Positions 26,157 through 35,890 of a DNA stretch of 64,000 nucleotides are shown one piece after another. Numbering within the stretch: the stretch's first letter is position 1; every line of letters starts with the position of its first letter. The stretch covers positions 5,292-69,291 of IMG/VR virus record IMGVR_UViG_3300020401_000001; one strand, 5' to 3'. This DNA comes from a virus. The position numbers were made by a program, and so were the translations under genes. A model generated the notes under the pieces. It was not told the DNA's origin. It saw nothing but the letters and a program-made list of their open reading frames with translations, and did no database searches.

Positions 26157-28374
26157 TCTAGCAGAAGTTGTTTCATTTAGCGAAAAGATAAAAGATAAGT
26201 TTAATAAAACTAAATCTTGGAAATACGGATATAACGATAAGTATGACTTTATTGTAATATCTAAAACAGGACAGATTGGAGAAATACTTGATATTCAAGG
26301 ATTGAAAATTGCATTACCTTTGCAGCCAAAAAAGGTTTACAAAAGAAGTGCAAGCAAAAAAGAACAATACTGGGAAGCAAAAGAATACCCAAAAGAGCTT
26401 CAAAGAATTAAGACCGTATTCCAGTGGAACGAATATTCGTCTACATTCAAAGAGACATGGGTTGACTACATTGAAAATGAGTTTGAAAGAAGAGAAAATG
26501 GTTTTTGGTTTAAGAATAACGGTATTCCTACTTATATTACTGGTACTCACTATATGTACTTGCAGTGGACCAAGATTGATGTTGGGCTCCCAGAGTTCAG
26601 AGAATCTAATAGAATATTCTTTATCTTCTGGGAAGCGTGTAAAGCCGACAACAGGTCTTATGGAATGTGCTATCTTAAAAACAGAAGGTCTGGCTTCAGC
26701 TTTATGTCTTCATCTGAAACCGTCAATCAAGCAACAATTAGTTTCGACTCACGGTTCGGGATATTGTCCAAATCTGGTGCTGATGCTAAAAAAATGTTCA
26801 CAGATAAAGTTGTCCCCATATCTACAAACTACCCCTTCTTCTTCAAGCCAATCCAAGACGGGATGGATAAACCGAAGACGGAGCTCGCTTATAGAGTCCC
26901 CGCCTCCAAGCTTACCAGACGGAGTATCGAGGAAACAGAACAAGTTGAAGAACTCGCAGGTCTCGACACAACTATTGACTGGAAAAACACTGGAGATAAT
27001 TCCTATGACGGTGAGAAACTTAGACTCCTTGTGCATGATGAATCTGGAAAATGGGAGCGTCCCGATAATATCCTCAACAACTGGCGTGTCACTAAAACTA
27101 CCCTCAGGCTTGGACGTAGAATAGTTGGCAAATGTATGATGGGGTCAACATCCAATGCGCTTGACAAAGGAGGTGATAATTTTAAAAAACTTTACGAAGA
27201 CTCTGATGTTAATGACCGAAACTCAAACGGTCAAACAAAAAGTGGTTTATATAGTTTGTTTATTCCTATGGAATGGAACTTTGAAGGTTTTATAGACCAA
27301 TACGGACAGCCAGTATTTAGAACTCCAGAAGACACAACTTTAGATATGTATGGGGACGTTATAAATCAGGGCGTTATAGATTATTGGGAGAATGAAGTAG
27401 ATGCATTAAAAGGCGACCCAGATAGTTTAAATGAATTTTACAGACAGTTTCCTAGGACAGAAAATCACGCTTTTAGAGATGAAGCGCAGAATAGCATATT
27501 TAATCTTACAAAAATATATCAGCAGATAGATTATAATGACAATACGAAAAACAAACAATCTGTTAGAACTGGAAACTTTGTTTGGAAAGATGGAATGAGA
27601 GACACAGAAGTTGTATGGGTTCCTAGTGTTAAGGGAGCTTTTCATGCAACATGGCTCCCAGAGCAAGGTTTAAGAAACAATGTAGAAAAAAGAAATGGAA
27701 AGTTTTATCCTGGCAATTCTCATATAGGCGCATTTGGATGTGACTCTTATGACATATCAGGAACTGTTGGGGGTCAAGGGTCAAAGGGAAGTTTACATGG
27801 TCTTACATGTTTAAATTTTGACAACGCTCCATCAAATCAATTCTTTTTAGAATACATTGCCAGACCGCAAACTGCTGAAATGTTTTATGAAAATGTTTTA
27901 ATGGCTATGCATTTTTATGGCATGCCTGTTTTAGTTGAAAACAACAAACCTCGTCTTTTATATTATTTAAAAAATAGAGGATACAGAGGGTTTTCTGTGA
28001 ATAGACCCGATAAACATAAAAATGAATTATCTAAAGCAGAAAAAGAAATAGGAGGAATACCTTCTTCAACTTCAGTTATTGCAATACATGCTGAAGCAAT
28101 AGAATCCTATATTGAAAGATATGTAGGTTATGATTATGTAGGTGAGTTTAGAGATGCTGATGTGCCAGGGAAAATGTTCTTTAACAGGACATTACTGGAC
28201 TGGGCGAACTATGATATTACCAAAAGAACTAAGTTTGATGCAACGGTTAGTTCAGGTTTTGCTATCATGGCTACAAATAAGTATGTCGTGAAACCCCAAA
28301 ATAATCGTAAGGAAATAAGTGTTAAATTTGCAAGGTATAGTAATAAAGGCGTACTAAGCTCAATCTTAAAGTAA
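26083..28374 (+). CDS. terL: terminase large subunit
   Basis: Walker A-like KNRRSGFS, Walker B LLVHDESGK, coupling motif GST, nuclease GCDSYD and KFDATVSSG. Start uncertain (TTG at 26128 possible). Confidence 0.88.
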   Translation: MAKKKTTKKIKDSKVLQSQEEGNLNLAEVVSFSEKIKDKFNKTKSWKYGYNDKYDFIVISKTGQIGEILDIQGLKIALPLQPKKVYKRSASKKEQYWEAKEYPKELQRIKTVFQWNEYSSTFKETWVDYIENEFERRENGFWFKNNGIPTYITGTHYMYLQWTKIDVGLPEFRESNRIFFIFWEACKADNRSYGMCYLKNRRSGFSFMSSSETVNQATISFDSRFGILSKSGADAKKMFTDKVVPISTNYPFFFKPIQDGMDKPKTELAYRVPASKLTRRSIEETEQVEELAGLDTTIDWKNTGDNSYDGEKLRLLVHDESGKWERPDNILNNWRVTKTTLRLGRRIVGKCMMGSTSNALDKGGDNFKKLYEDSDVNDRNSNGQTKSGLYSLFIPMEWNFEGFIDQYGQPVFRTPEDTTLDMYGDVINQGVIDYWENEVDALKGDPDSLNEFYRQFPRTENHAFRDEAQNSIFNLTKIYQQIDYNDNTKNKQSVRTGNFVWKDGMRDTEVVWVPSVKGAFHATWLPEQGLRNNVEKRNGKFYPGNSHIGAFGCDSYDISGTVGGQGSKGSLHGLTCLNFDNAPSNQFFLEYIARPQTAEMFYENVLMAMHFYGMPVLVENNKPRLLYYLKNRGYRGFSVNRPDKHKNELSKAEKEIGGIPSSTSVIAIHAEAIESYIERYVGYDYVGEFRDADVPGKMFFNRTLLDWANYDITKRTKFDATVSSGFAIMATNKYVVKPQNNRKEISVKFARYSNKGVLSSILK
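28323..28330 (+). promoter_or_regulatory. -7 promoter element for portal/head genes
   Basis: TAAATTTG inside the 3' end of terL, 47 nt before the portal ATG. Confidence 0.5.
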
Positions 28375-28377
28375 TAT

Positions 28378-30780
28378 ATGAACGGTCAACCATATTCACA
28401 CGTTACAGGATTTCCTGACCAAATGGCTCTTGATGAGGTAAAAATAACAACAGAGTATGGTCTTAACGTAGGAAAAGCAATAGAAGCCGAATGGTTTCGT
28501 AAAGAAGGAGGTACATCAAGGTACTATAACAACAGAGACACATACCACAAACTACGCACCTACGCCTTAGGTGAACAATCAGTTCAAAAATACAAAGACG
28601 AACTAGCAATCAATGGAGACATTTCTTATCTAAATTTAGATTGGACTCCTGTTCCTATCATTCCTAAAATGGTAGATATTGTAGTTAATGGAATGTCAAA
28701 CAGACTATTTAATGTGAAAGCCGAAGCAGTAGATGCTGTTTCATCAAGCAAAAAAGCTCTCTATAGGAACACTGTAGAGACCCAGATGCGCAATAAAGCT
28801 GCATACGAAGAAATTGAAACTATGTTTGGTAAACCCATGTTTAGCATGGATAAGGATGATTTACCAGAAAACGATGATGAATTAAACCTACACATGTCTA
28901 TTAGTTATAAAGACGAAATAGAAATAGCTACAGAAAAAGCTATTACTAATGTTTTTAAAATTAATGATTATGAGCTCATTAAGAAACAAGCTGATGAAGA
29001 TGCAACTGTTTTAGGTATTTCAGCTATCAAACATACTTTTAATAATCACGATGGCATAAAAGTAGAATATGTTGACCCAGCCAATCTAATACACAGTCCT
29101 ACTGAGGACCCTCAGTTTAAGGATTGTTATTATTATGGTGAGGTTAAAAATGTAAATATTACAGAACTAAAAAAAATTAACCCAAGTCTAACTCAAGAGG
29201 ATATAACAGATATATCAAAGCTCTCTAGTAAATGGGATGCGTACCAAGGAATCCGTGGAGGTTACAGGACTGATAATTTTGACAAGAATACTGCTACACT
29301 TTTATATTTCTGTTACAAGACAGATATGGAAATTGTGTACAAAAAGAAAAAAAATGCTTTTGGAGGAGATAAGGTTCTTAAAAAAGACGGAACATTTAAT
29401 CCACCAAAAACAGAATCAGCAAGATTTGAAAAACTCTCCAAAAGAATTGATGTATGGTACGAAGGTGTACTTGTTCTAGGAACAAATCACATGTTAAAGT
29501 GGAACCTAATGAAGAATATGGTTCGACCCAAATCAGCAATACAGAAAGTATTCGCCCCGTTTATTGTCAGTGCTCCAAAAATGTACAGAGGACAGATAGA
29601 CTCTCTAGTAAAAAGAATGGTTCCGTTTGCGGACCAAATACAACTAATACATCTTAAGCTACAGCAGATTACATCTAGAATGATACCTGACGGTGTTTAT
29701 TTAGATATGGATGGATTGTCTGCTATTAATTTAGGAAATGGAAATAGTTATGACCCTCAAGAAGCATTGAATTTATATTTTCAAACAGGGTCCGTTATAG
29801 GTAGAAGTTTTACAGAAGACGGAGAATTTAATCACGGCAAAACACCAGTACAAGAATTAACTTCATCTGGTGCTAACGCTAAAATATCTTCTCTTATAAA
29901 TATGTACAACTACAACCTAAACATGTTAAGAGCCGCAACTGGTCTTAATGAATCAAGAGATGGTACTACGCCAGACGAGCGTGCTTTGGTTGGAGTGCAA
30001 AAATTAGCAGCATTAAATTCTAATACTGCAACAAGACACGTTTTAAACTCAGGTCTTTATTTAACTAAAACGATTGCTGAATCAATTTATTATAGACTGT
30101 CAGATGTTTTAGAATATTCAGATATGGCAGAAGATTTAGCTAAAGGTATTGGTAGATTCTCTGTAGATATTTTAAATGAGATAAAAAATATACATCTACA
30201 TGATTTTGCAATATTTATTGAGCTTCATCCAGACGAAGAACAAAAGGGAGTTTTAGAAAACAACATACAAGCATCTTTGGCTTCTGGAAAAATAGATATT
30301 GATGATGCTATTGATGTAAGAAGTGTTGACAATATCAAGATTGCTTCACAACTTTTAAAAGTTAGAAAAAAGAGAAAAGAAAAGCTTGACATGAAGAAGC
30401 AGCAAATGATTGCTCAACAACAAGCGCAAGCTAATGCGCAAGCAGCTCAAGCGGCAGAACAAGCAAAACAACAAACTATCTCTACTGAAGCTCAAGCAGA
30501 TTCTCAACTTGAACAACTTAAAGCACAACTAGAGTTGCAAAGAATGGAAAAAGAGTTTGAGTTAAAACAACAACTAATACAAATGCAATCTTCTATGGAG
30601 ATGCAAAACAAACAAGAGCAACGTGCTTTTGAAATGGTTAAAGAAACAAACAGAGAAGATAGAAAAGATAAGAGAACTGAGAAACAAGCATCTCAGCAAT
30701 CTGTTTTAATAAAACAAAGACAACAGGATTTAGACCCTGTTGATTTTGATGGGCAAGATTCTTTAGGGTCTGGTCTTTAA
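28378..30780 (+). CDS. portal protein
   Basis: 800 aa directly after terL; PIIPK.VDIVVNG; Gln-rich coiled-coil C-terminal barrel as in P22-type portals. Confidence 0.8.
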   Translation: MNGQPYSHVTGFPDQMALDEVKITTEYGLNVGKAIEAEWFRKEGGTSRYYNNRDTYHKLRTYALGEQSVQKYKDELAINGDISYLNLDWTPVPIIPKMVDIVVNGMSNRLFNVKAEAVDAVSSSKKALYRNTVETQMRNKAAYEEIETMFGKPMFSMDKDDLPENDDELNLHMSISYKDEIEIATEKAITNVFKINDYELIKKQADEDATVLGISAIKHTFNNHDGIKVEYVDPANLIHSPTEDPQFKDCYYYGEVKNVNITELKKINPSLTQEDITDISKLSSKWDAYQGIRGGYRTDNFDKNTATLLYFCYKTDMEIVYKKKKNAFGGDKVLKKDGTFNPPKTESARFEKLSKRIDVWYEGVLVLGTNHMLKWNLMKNMVRPKSAIQKVFAPFIVSAPKMYRGQIDSLVKRMVPFADQIQLIHLKLQQITSRMIPDGVYLDMDGLSAINLGNGNSYDPQEALNLYFQTGSVIGRSFTEDGEFNHGKTPVQELTSSGANAKISSLINMYNYNLNMLRAATGLNESRDGTTPDERALVGVQKLAALNSNTATRHVLNSGLYLTKTIAESIYYRLSDVLEYSDMAEDLAKGIGRFSVDILNEIKNIHLHDFAIFIELHPDEEQKGVLENNIQASLASGKIDIDDAIDVRSVDNIKIASQLLKVRKKRKEKLDMKKQQMIAQQQAQANAQAAQAAEQAKQQTISTEAQADSQLEQLKAQLELQRMEKEFELKQQLIQMQSSMEMQNKQEQRAFEMVKETNREDRKDKRTEKQASQQSVLIKQRQQDLDPVDFDGQDSLGSGL

Positions 30781-30809
30781 TGTAAATAATGTAAATTAAA
30801 TTTAATAAA

Positions 30810-32021
30810 ATGGCAGAATTAAAATTTAGGGTCATGAATGACGAAGGAAACTTTGTCGACCCGCAAAAAAAAGAAAATGTTGCTGACGGCAAGGAAGAAG
30901 CTGCAAAAACTGAAGCTAAAGATAAAGCAGAAGTACAAGCAGAAGTACAAACAGAAGTACAAGAACAAGTACAAGAAGAAGTACAGGAAGAAGTTAAAAA
31001 TAAAATAGAAGAAAATGGCAAACAAGAAGACCAAGGCGAAGCCGAAAACAAACAAGCCGAAGCCGAAACCAAAATACTAGAAAAACCTGCTCCTGAGGAG
31101 CTAGATGAATCTAGAATATTACAACATCTAAAAGAAAGATACAACGCACAGTTTGAATCTATGGATGAAGTAATAAATAAAAATAAAACAGAAGAAGTTC
31201 AACTTCCAGAAGCTGTAGAAAAATATATGGCTTACAACAAAGAGACTGGAAGAGGGTTAGAGGACTTTATGAGAGCTCAGAGGAGTTTTGATGATGTGGA
31301 TGAAAGCACATTACTATCTGAGTATTACAAGGAAACTAAACCCTACTTAGAAGCAAAAGACGTATCTAAGTACATTGACCAAAATTTTGGTGTTGATGAA
31401 GATACAGAAGATGCTGAAAAAAGTAAAAGAGAGCTTCTCTATAAAGAAGAATTATATAATGCAAGAAAGCATTTTAATGCAATGAAGGAAAAATATAGTG
31501 CGCCGCTTGAGTCAAGTAACGCTACTATTCCCGATGAGTATAAGAAAGCCTACGATGCATATAATAATTATATTGAGGAGTCTGAAAAGACTAATAAGCT
31601 GACTGCTGAAAGGCAGAACGTTTTTAGCGATAAAACGGAACGTCTGTTCTCTGATAATTTCGAAGGTTTCGAATATAACGTTGGAGAAAAGAAAGTTGTT
31701 TTTAAACCAAAAGACGTACAAAGCGTTAAAAAAACTCAGTCTAGTCTAAATAATTATATAGATAAATTTTTAGATAAAGACGGATATTTAGATGACGCTG
31801 CGGGCTTCCACCGTTCTTTGAACATGGCATTGAATCCAGATTCAGTCGCTAAGTTTTTTTATGAGCAAGGTGTTGCAGATGCAACAGAAGGTCTTGTAAA
31901 ACAAACAAAGAATATCGACATGAGTGTTAGAGACAATAAAACTGTAGAAGATAAAGGTGGTTTCAAGTATAGAATATTAGACAATTCGGATTCTGTGGAT
32001 TTTAAAATAAGAAAACGATAA
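30810..32021 (+). CDS. capsid scaffolding protein
   Basis: Very acidic, helical, EVQ repeats; located between portal and capsid. Confidence 0.7.
   Translation: MAELKFRVMNDEGNFVDPQKKENVADGKEEAAKTEAKDKAEVQAEVQTEVQEQVQEEVQEEVKNKIEENGKQEDQGEAENKQAEAETKILEKPAPEELDESRILQHLKERYNAQFESMDEVINKNKTEEVQLPEAVEKYMAYNKETGRGLEDFMRAQRSFDDVDESTLLSEYYKETKPYLEAKDVSKYIDQNFGVDEDTEDAEKSKRELLYKEELYNARKHFNAMKEKYSAPLESSNATIPDEYKKAYDAYNNYIEESEKTNKLTAERQNVFSDKTERLFSDNFEGFEYNVGEKKVVFKPKDVQSVKKTQSSLNNYIDKFLDKDGYLDDAAGFHRSLNMALNPDSVAKFFYEQGVADATEGLVKQTKNIDMSVRDNKTVEDKGGFKYRILDNSDSVDFKIRKR
30928..30996 (+). repeat. degenerate 12-nt tandem repeat (GAAGTACAAnnn) encoding EVQx
   Basis: AEVQAEVQTEVQEQVQEEVQEEV. Confidence 0.7.
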
Positions 32022-32038
32022 TTTAAAAATTAAAAGAA

Positions 32039-33376
32039 ATGGCTGTAACTATGTCTGGAGTACAAGGTGCATTAACACCCGCTCCATCGAAACAAACGTT
32101 GTCGACCAATTATCTTGGTTCGGACATCGAATTTACTTCACAATACCTTCCTGAGGTATATGAAGCTGAATTTGAAAAGTACGGTAACAGAACTGTTTCA
32201 TCTTTTTTGCGAATGGTAGGCGCTGAAATTCCTTTTGCCTCTGATTTAATTCAGTGGTCGGAACAAGGTAGACTACACATCGCAGTAACTGGTGCAACTC
32301 GTTCTGGTGATACTGTAACTTCAAATGGACACGGATTCCGTGTAAATCAAACTGTTATCATCTCTGATGGTACTAATCAAGACAAAGCAATCGTATCTGC
32401 TGTAACTGCAAATACTTTTGACCTAGGTTCTTATTCTGGAGCAAACTTAAATGCTTCTCTTGGAACAACTGGTCTTAAAGTGTTTGTTTACGGTTCTGAA
32501 TTTGCTAAAGGAACTGCTGGAATGGCAGGAAGCTTAGAAGCTCCTAAAGACATTCAATCATGTAGCCCAATCATTATCAAAGACAAATATGAAGTCAATG
32601 GTTCTGATATGGCTCAAATTGGTTGGATTGAAGTAACAACTGAAAACGGAGCAACTGGTTACCTTTGGTATTTAAAATCAGAGCATGAAACTAGATTGAG
32701 ATTCGAAGACTACTTAGAATTATCTTTAATTGAAGGTAAGCCTGCTGCTTCAGGTTCTGGAGCTGAGACTGCTGGAGCTAAAGGTACTGACGGTATGTTC
32801 CACGCAATCGAAACTAGAGGAAACATTGCTACTGGTTCTATTGCTACTAGAGATGACATTGAAGAGCTTATCCTTACATTAGATAAAGAAGGAGCTATTC
32901 AAGAAAACGTTATGTTTGTAAATCGTGCTAAGTCATTTGAAATTGACACTGTATTAGCTAGCCAAAGTACATACGGTACTGCTGGTGCTGCTTCTTACGG
33001 TCTTTTTGATAATGATACTGACATGGCATTAAATCTTGGATTCACAGGATTTAACCTTGGGTATGATTTCTACAAAACTGACTGGAAATACTTAAATGAT
33101 GCGTCAACAGGAGGGTTAACTTCTGATGTTGATGGTGTAATAGTACCTGCTGGTACAATGACTGTCTATGACCAAGTGCTAGGTAAAAACGCAAAGCGTC
33201 CTTTCCTACACGTGAGATTCAGAAAGTCTGAAGCTGAAGACCGAAGATATAAGTCTTGGGTTATCGGTTCTGCTGGCGGAGCTGCTAATAGCGACCTTGA
33301 TGCAATGCAAGTTCACTTCTTAAGTGAAAGAGCTCTATGTGTTATGGGAGCAAACAACTTCATCATTATGAAGTAA
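32039..33376 (+). CDS. major capsid protein
   Basis: 445 aa after the scaffold; QYLPEVYE.EFE.YGNRT, WSEQGRLH, HFLSER.LC; followed by a strong terminator. Confidence 0.85.
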   Translation: MAVTMSGVQGALTPAPSKQTLSTNYLGSDIEFTSQYLPEVYEAEFEKYGNRTVSSFLRMVGAEIPFASDLIQWSEQGRLHIAVTGATRSGDTVTSNGHGFRVNQTVIISDGTNQDKAIVSAVTANTFDLGSYSGANLNASLGTTGLKVFVYGSEFAKGTAGMAGSLEAPKDIQSCSPIIIKDKYEVNGSDMAQIGWIEVTTENGATGYLWYLKSEHETRLRFEDYLELSLIEGKPAASGSGAETAGAKGTDGMFHAIETRGNIATGSIATRDDIEELILTLDKEGAIQENVMFVNRAKSFEIDTVLASQSTYGTAGAASYGLFDNDTDMALNLGFTGFNLGYDFYKTDWKYLNDASTGGLTSDVDGVIVPAGTMTVYDQVLGKNAKRPFLHVRFRKSEAEDRRYKSWVIGSAGGAANSDLDAMQVHFLSERALCVMGANNFIIMK

Positions 33377-33384
33377 TATTTATT

Positions 33385-33417
33385 AAGGGGATGGGTTATC
33401 CTGTCCCCTTTTTTTTT
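33385..33417 (+). terminator. intrinsic terminator
   Basis: AAGGGGATGGG-tta-TCCTGTCCCCTT hairpin plus a T run. Confidence 0.85.
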
Positions 33418-33438
33418 AATTAAATAAAATTATATAAA

Positions 33439-34239
33439 ATGTCAACAAAAATTTCAACCCAAACAAAAAAGCCTAGCCCTAAGGCTAAAGCAAAAGTAGT
33501 AGAAGATAAACCTGCTTTTGAATTTAAAGACAGGGTATATGTGTGGAAAGCGGGAAGTCCTGTAAACGTCTTATTGAGGACTCAACACACACCAAGAAAA
33601 CCCATGCAATACTTTGATGGGACTAAAACAAGAGCTATAAGATATTGTCAAAACCACGAAAGCCCATTTATAGATGAGCAAAAAGGTGAAGTACACTTAG
33701 GTAGAATAAGAATGATTAATGGAACACTTGTGGTTCCTAAAGAAGATGTAACGCTACAAAAATTCTTATCAATATATCATCCAGATAAAGATAAACTTTA
33801 CTATGAATTAGACGTAGAAAAAGATGCTATGGATGATTTGGATTTTATAAGAATGGAATCAGAAGCTACAACTTTAGCTTTACAGATGGATATAAATGAT
33901 TTAGAGGCTATTGCTAGAGCTGTGTTTAGAAGCGCTGTAAACAATATGCGCTCGTCAGAAATAAGACGAGACATGGTTATATATGCTAAAGATAACCCAG
34001 GAGAGTTTATAAAGTTAGCGAACGATGAAAACGTAAAGAATAGAAATATTGCAATTCGTTCTGTAGAAATGGGAATTTTGACTATATTGTCTGATAATCA
34101 AACAGTATGTTGGAACGATAAAGATAAAACAAAAATAATGTCAGCGCCTTTCGGAGAAAATGTATACTCTGCGTTGGCTAAGTTTTTTAAAACCGATGAA
34201 GGAGTGGAAGTCCTTCAAGGAATATCCAATAAATTGTAA
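33439..34239 (+). CDS. hypothetical virion-associated protein
   Basis: 266 aa directly after the capsid gene. Confidence 0.7.
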   Translation: MSTKISTQTKKPSPKAKAKVVEDKPAFEFKDRVYVWKAGSPVNVLLRTQHTPRKPMQYFDGTKTRAIRYCQNHESPFIDEQKGEVHLGRIRMINGTLVVPKEDVTLQKFLSIYHPDKDKLYYELDVEKDAMDDLDFIRMESEATTLALQMDINDLEAIARAVFRSAVNNMRSSEIRRDMVIYAKDNPGEFIKLANDENVKNRNIAIRSVEMGILTILSDNQTVCWNDKDKTKIMSAPFGENVYSALAKFFKTDEGVEVLQGISNKL

Positions 34240-34274
34240 GTTTTTTTTTCATATTTTTTTTGTTTTGTTAGATG

Positions 34275-34306
34275 AAGCCCCCGTAAAAAAGGGGCTTTTC
34301 TTTTTT
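34275..34306 (+). terminator. intrinsic terminator
   Basis: AAGCCCC-cgtaaaaaa-GGGGCTT followed by TTCTTTTTT. Confidence 0.8.
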
Positions 34307-34307
34307 G

Positions 34308-34315
34308 TATTTTTG
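34308..34315 (+). promoter_or_regulatory. -7 promoter element for tail genes
   Basis: TATTTTTG directly after the terminator, upstream of the ATG at 34331. Confidence 0.5.
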
Positions 34316-34330
34316 TGTAAAAGATACGCA

Positions 34331-35023
34331 ATGATAAATTTCATTAGAAATGTTGTGATGTTTATTCTAAACAAAGAGAATAGAGGGTACTTAACTCCTA
34401 TTCAATTCAACTCTTACGTAAAGCTCGCACAGCAAACAGTATTCGATGGAATGTTCAAGCAATACAGAAAATTTTCTGTAAACAAGAACAACAGAATGGC
34501 TGCCATGGACTTTGGCGATGACAAGAAAAAACTTAGAGAAGACATTGACAGGTTTGTTAAAGAGGAACAGCTACAGGAGTTAGATGGTTATTTTATGATG
34601 CCAGTGGACTGCTATTATACTTTACAACTTATTTACGACAACAACATAGAAATAGAAGAAGCGGAAAAACATAAAATACTTACATACTTAACTAAGTCTA
34701 CCCTTGCATCTCCAAGCAGATGTTATCCTATGTATGCAAAGTATTATGACAAATATTTAATAAAGCCTGAAACTATTATAGATTGTGTAACTGCTGTATA
34801 CGTTAGGAAATTAAAAGACCCAAAATGGACGTATCAAACTATAGCAAGAAATCCTGTTTTCAATCCTTCTGATGTTTCATATCAAGACATTGAATTACAA
34901 GAAGACTATGCAAACGATATAATTGCTGAGATTTTAAAGTTAGCTGGATTACAACTACAAGATAACCAAATACTGCAAGCTTCACTTGCTTACGAACAAA
35001 ACACAATGGCAAAAGAAAATTAA
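34331..35023 (+). CDS. tail tubular/ring (head-tail adaptor)-like protein
   Basis: ORF 34160..35023 restarted at MINFIRN after the terminator; LNKENRGYLTP.QFN, PKWTY, DIEL; podovirus gene position. Confidence 0.6.
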   Translation: MINFIRNVVMFILNKENRGYLTPIQFNSYVKLAQQTVFDGMFKQYRKFSVNKNNRMAAMDFGDDKKKLREDIDRFVKEEQLQELDGYFMMPVDCYYTLQLIYDNNIEIEEAEKHKILTYLTKSTLASPSRCYPMYAKYYDKYLIKPETIIDCVTAVYVRKLKDPKWTYQTIARNPVFNPSDVSYQDIELQEDYANDIIAEILKLAGLQLQDNQILQASLAYEQNTMAKEN

Positions 35024-35029
35024 TGTATA

Positions 35030-35890
35030 ATGGCAATCACACAACAACAATATTACGCAAATGACGCTTTATGGGGCGGAACACAATACACTAAGCTAGA
35101 AGATATAATAAATAACTTCTATGCATTCTATGTTGGTGATGGTAAAGTTATAGATACTGCTAAAAGGTATGATGTTGTATTTCATGCAAAGCGAGCTCTC
35201 CAAGAGCTACATTACGATGCACTAAAAGAAATAAGAGCTGTAGAAATAGAGGTGCCCCCTCAACTACAAATGATTTTGCCAAAAGATTTCGTAAGTCTAG
35301 TAAGGCTTTCTTGGATTGACACTAAGGGGAGATTTCATCCTATTACAGAAAACAGAGACACAGCTATTGGTGTAGCTTACCTACAAAATGATGATGCTAC
35401 ATATTCATATCAGTTTGACGCTGAAGGCAACATAGAGGTAGGTAGCACTATAAGCCGTGAACGTGCAAAAACTGTACAACCAGAAGACCAAGACTCTACA
35501 TCTTTATTAGACGAAATGTATGGTGGTCGTTTTGGTATGATAACAAATAAGGCAAACATAAATGGAACTTACAACATCAGTAAACACCTTGGCACAATAG
35601 AATTTAGTACAGAGCTTACAGACAAGCTCGTAATGATTGAATATGTTACTGACGGGCTCACAGACCTTGATGATAGTGAAATACAGGTCCATAAGTTTGC
35701 AGAAAACTATGTTTTCAAACAAATTGCTTACTCTATATTATCCACTAAGTTCGGGGTTCAAGAATACATTGTCAGAAGATTTCAAAAAGAAGCGTTTGCT
35801 GCATTAAAAAACGCAAGAATAAGATTGAACGATGTCAACCCTGTTGACCTTGTAAAAGCGATGAAAGGTCGAAACAAGTGGATTAAATAA
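35030..35890 (+). CDS. second ring/adaptor-like structural protein
   Basis: 286 aa; [22 protein letters not shown]; precedes the stabilisation protein. Confidence 0.6.
   Translation: MAITQQQYYANDALWGGTQYTKLEDIINNFYAFYVGDGKVIDTAKRYDVVFHAKRALQELHYDALKEIRAVEIEVPPQLQMILPKDFVSLVRLSWIDTKGRFHPITENRDTAIGVAYLQNDDATYSYQFDAEGNIEVGSTISRERAKTVQPEDQDSTSLLDEMYGGRFGMITNKANINGTYNISKHLGTIEFSTELTDKLVMIEYVTDGLTDLDDSEIQVHKFAENYVFKQIAYSILSTKFGVQEYIVRRFQKEAFAALKNARIRLNDVNPVDLVKAMKGRNKWIK

Noticed and set aside
34160-34330. N-terminal extension of the ORF at 34160
   Set aside because: It runs through the previous gene's end, a terminator and T tracts; ATG 34331 fits better.
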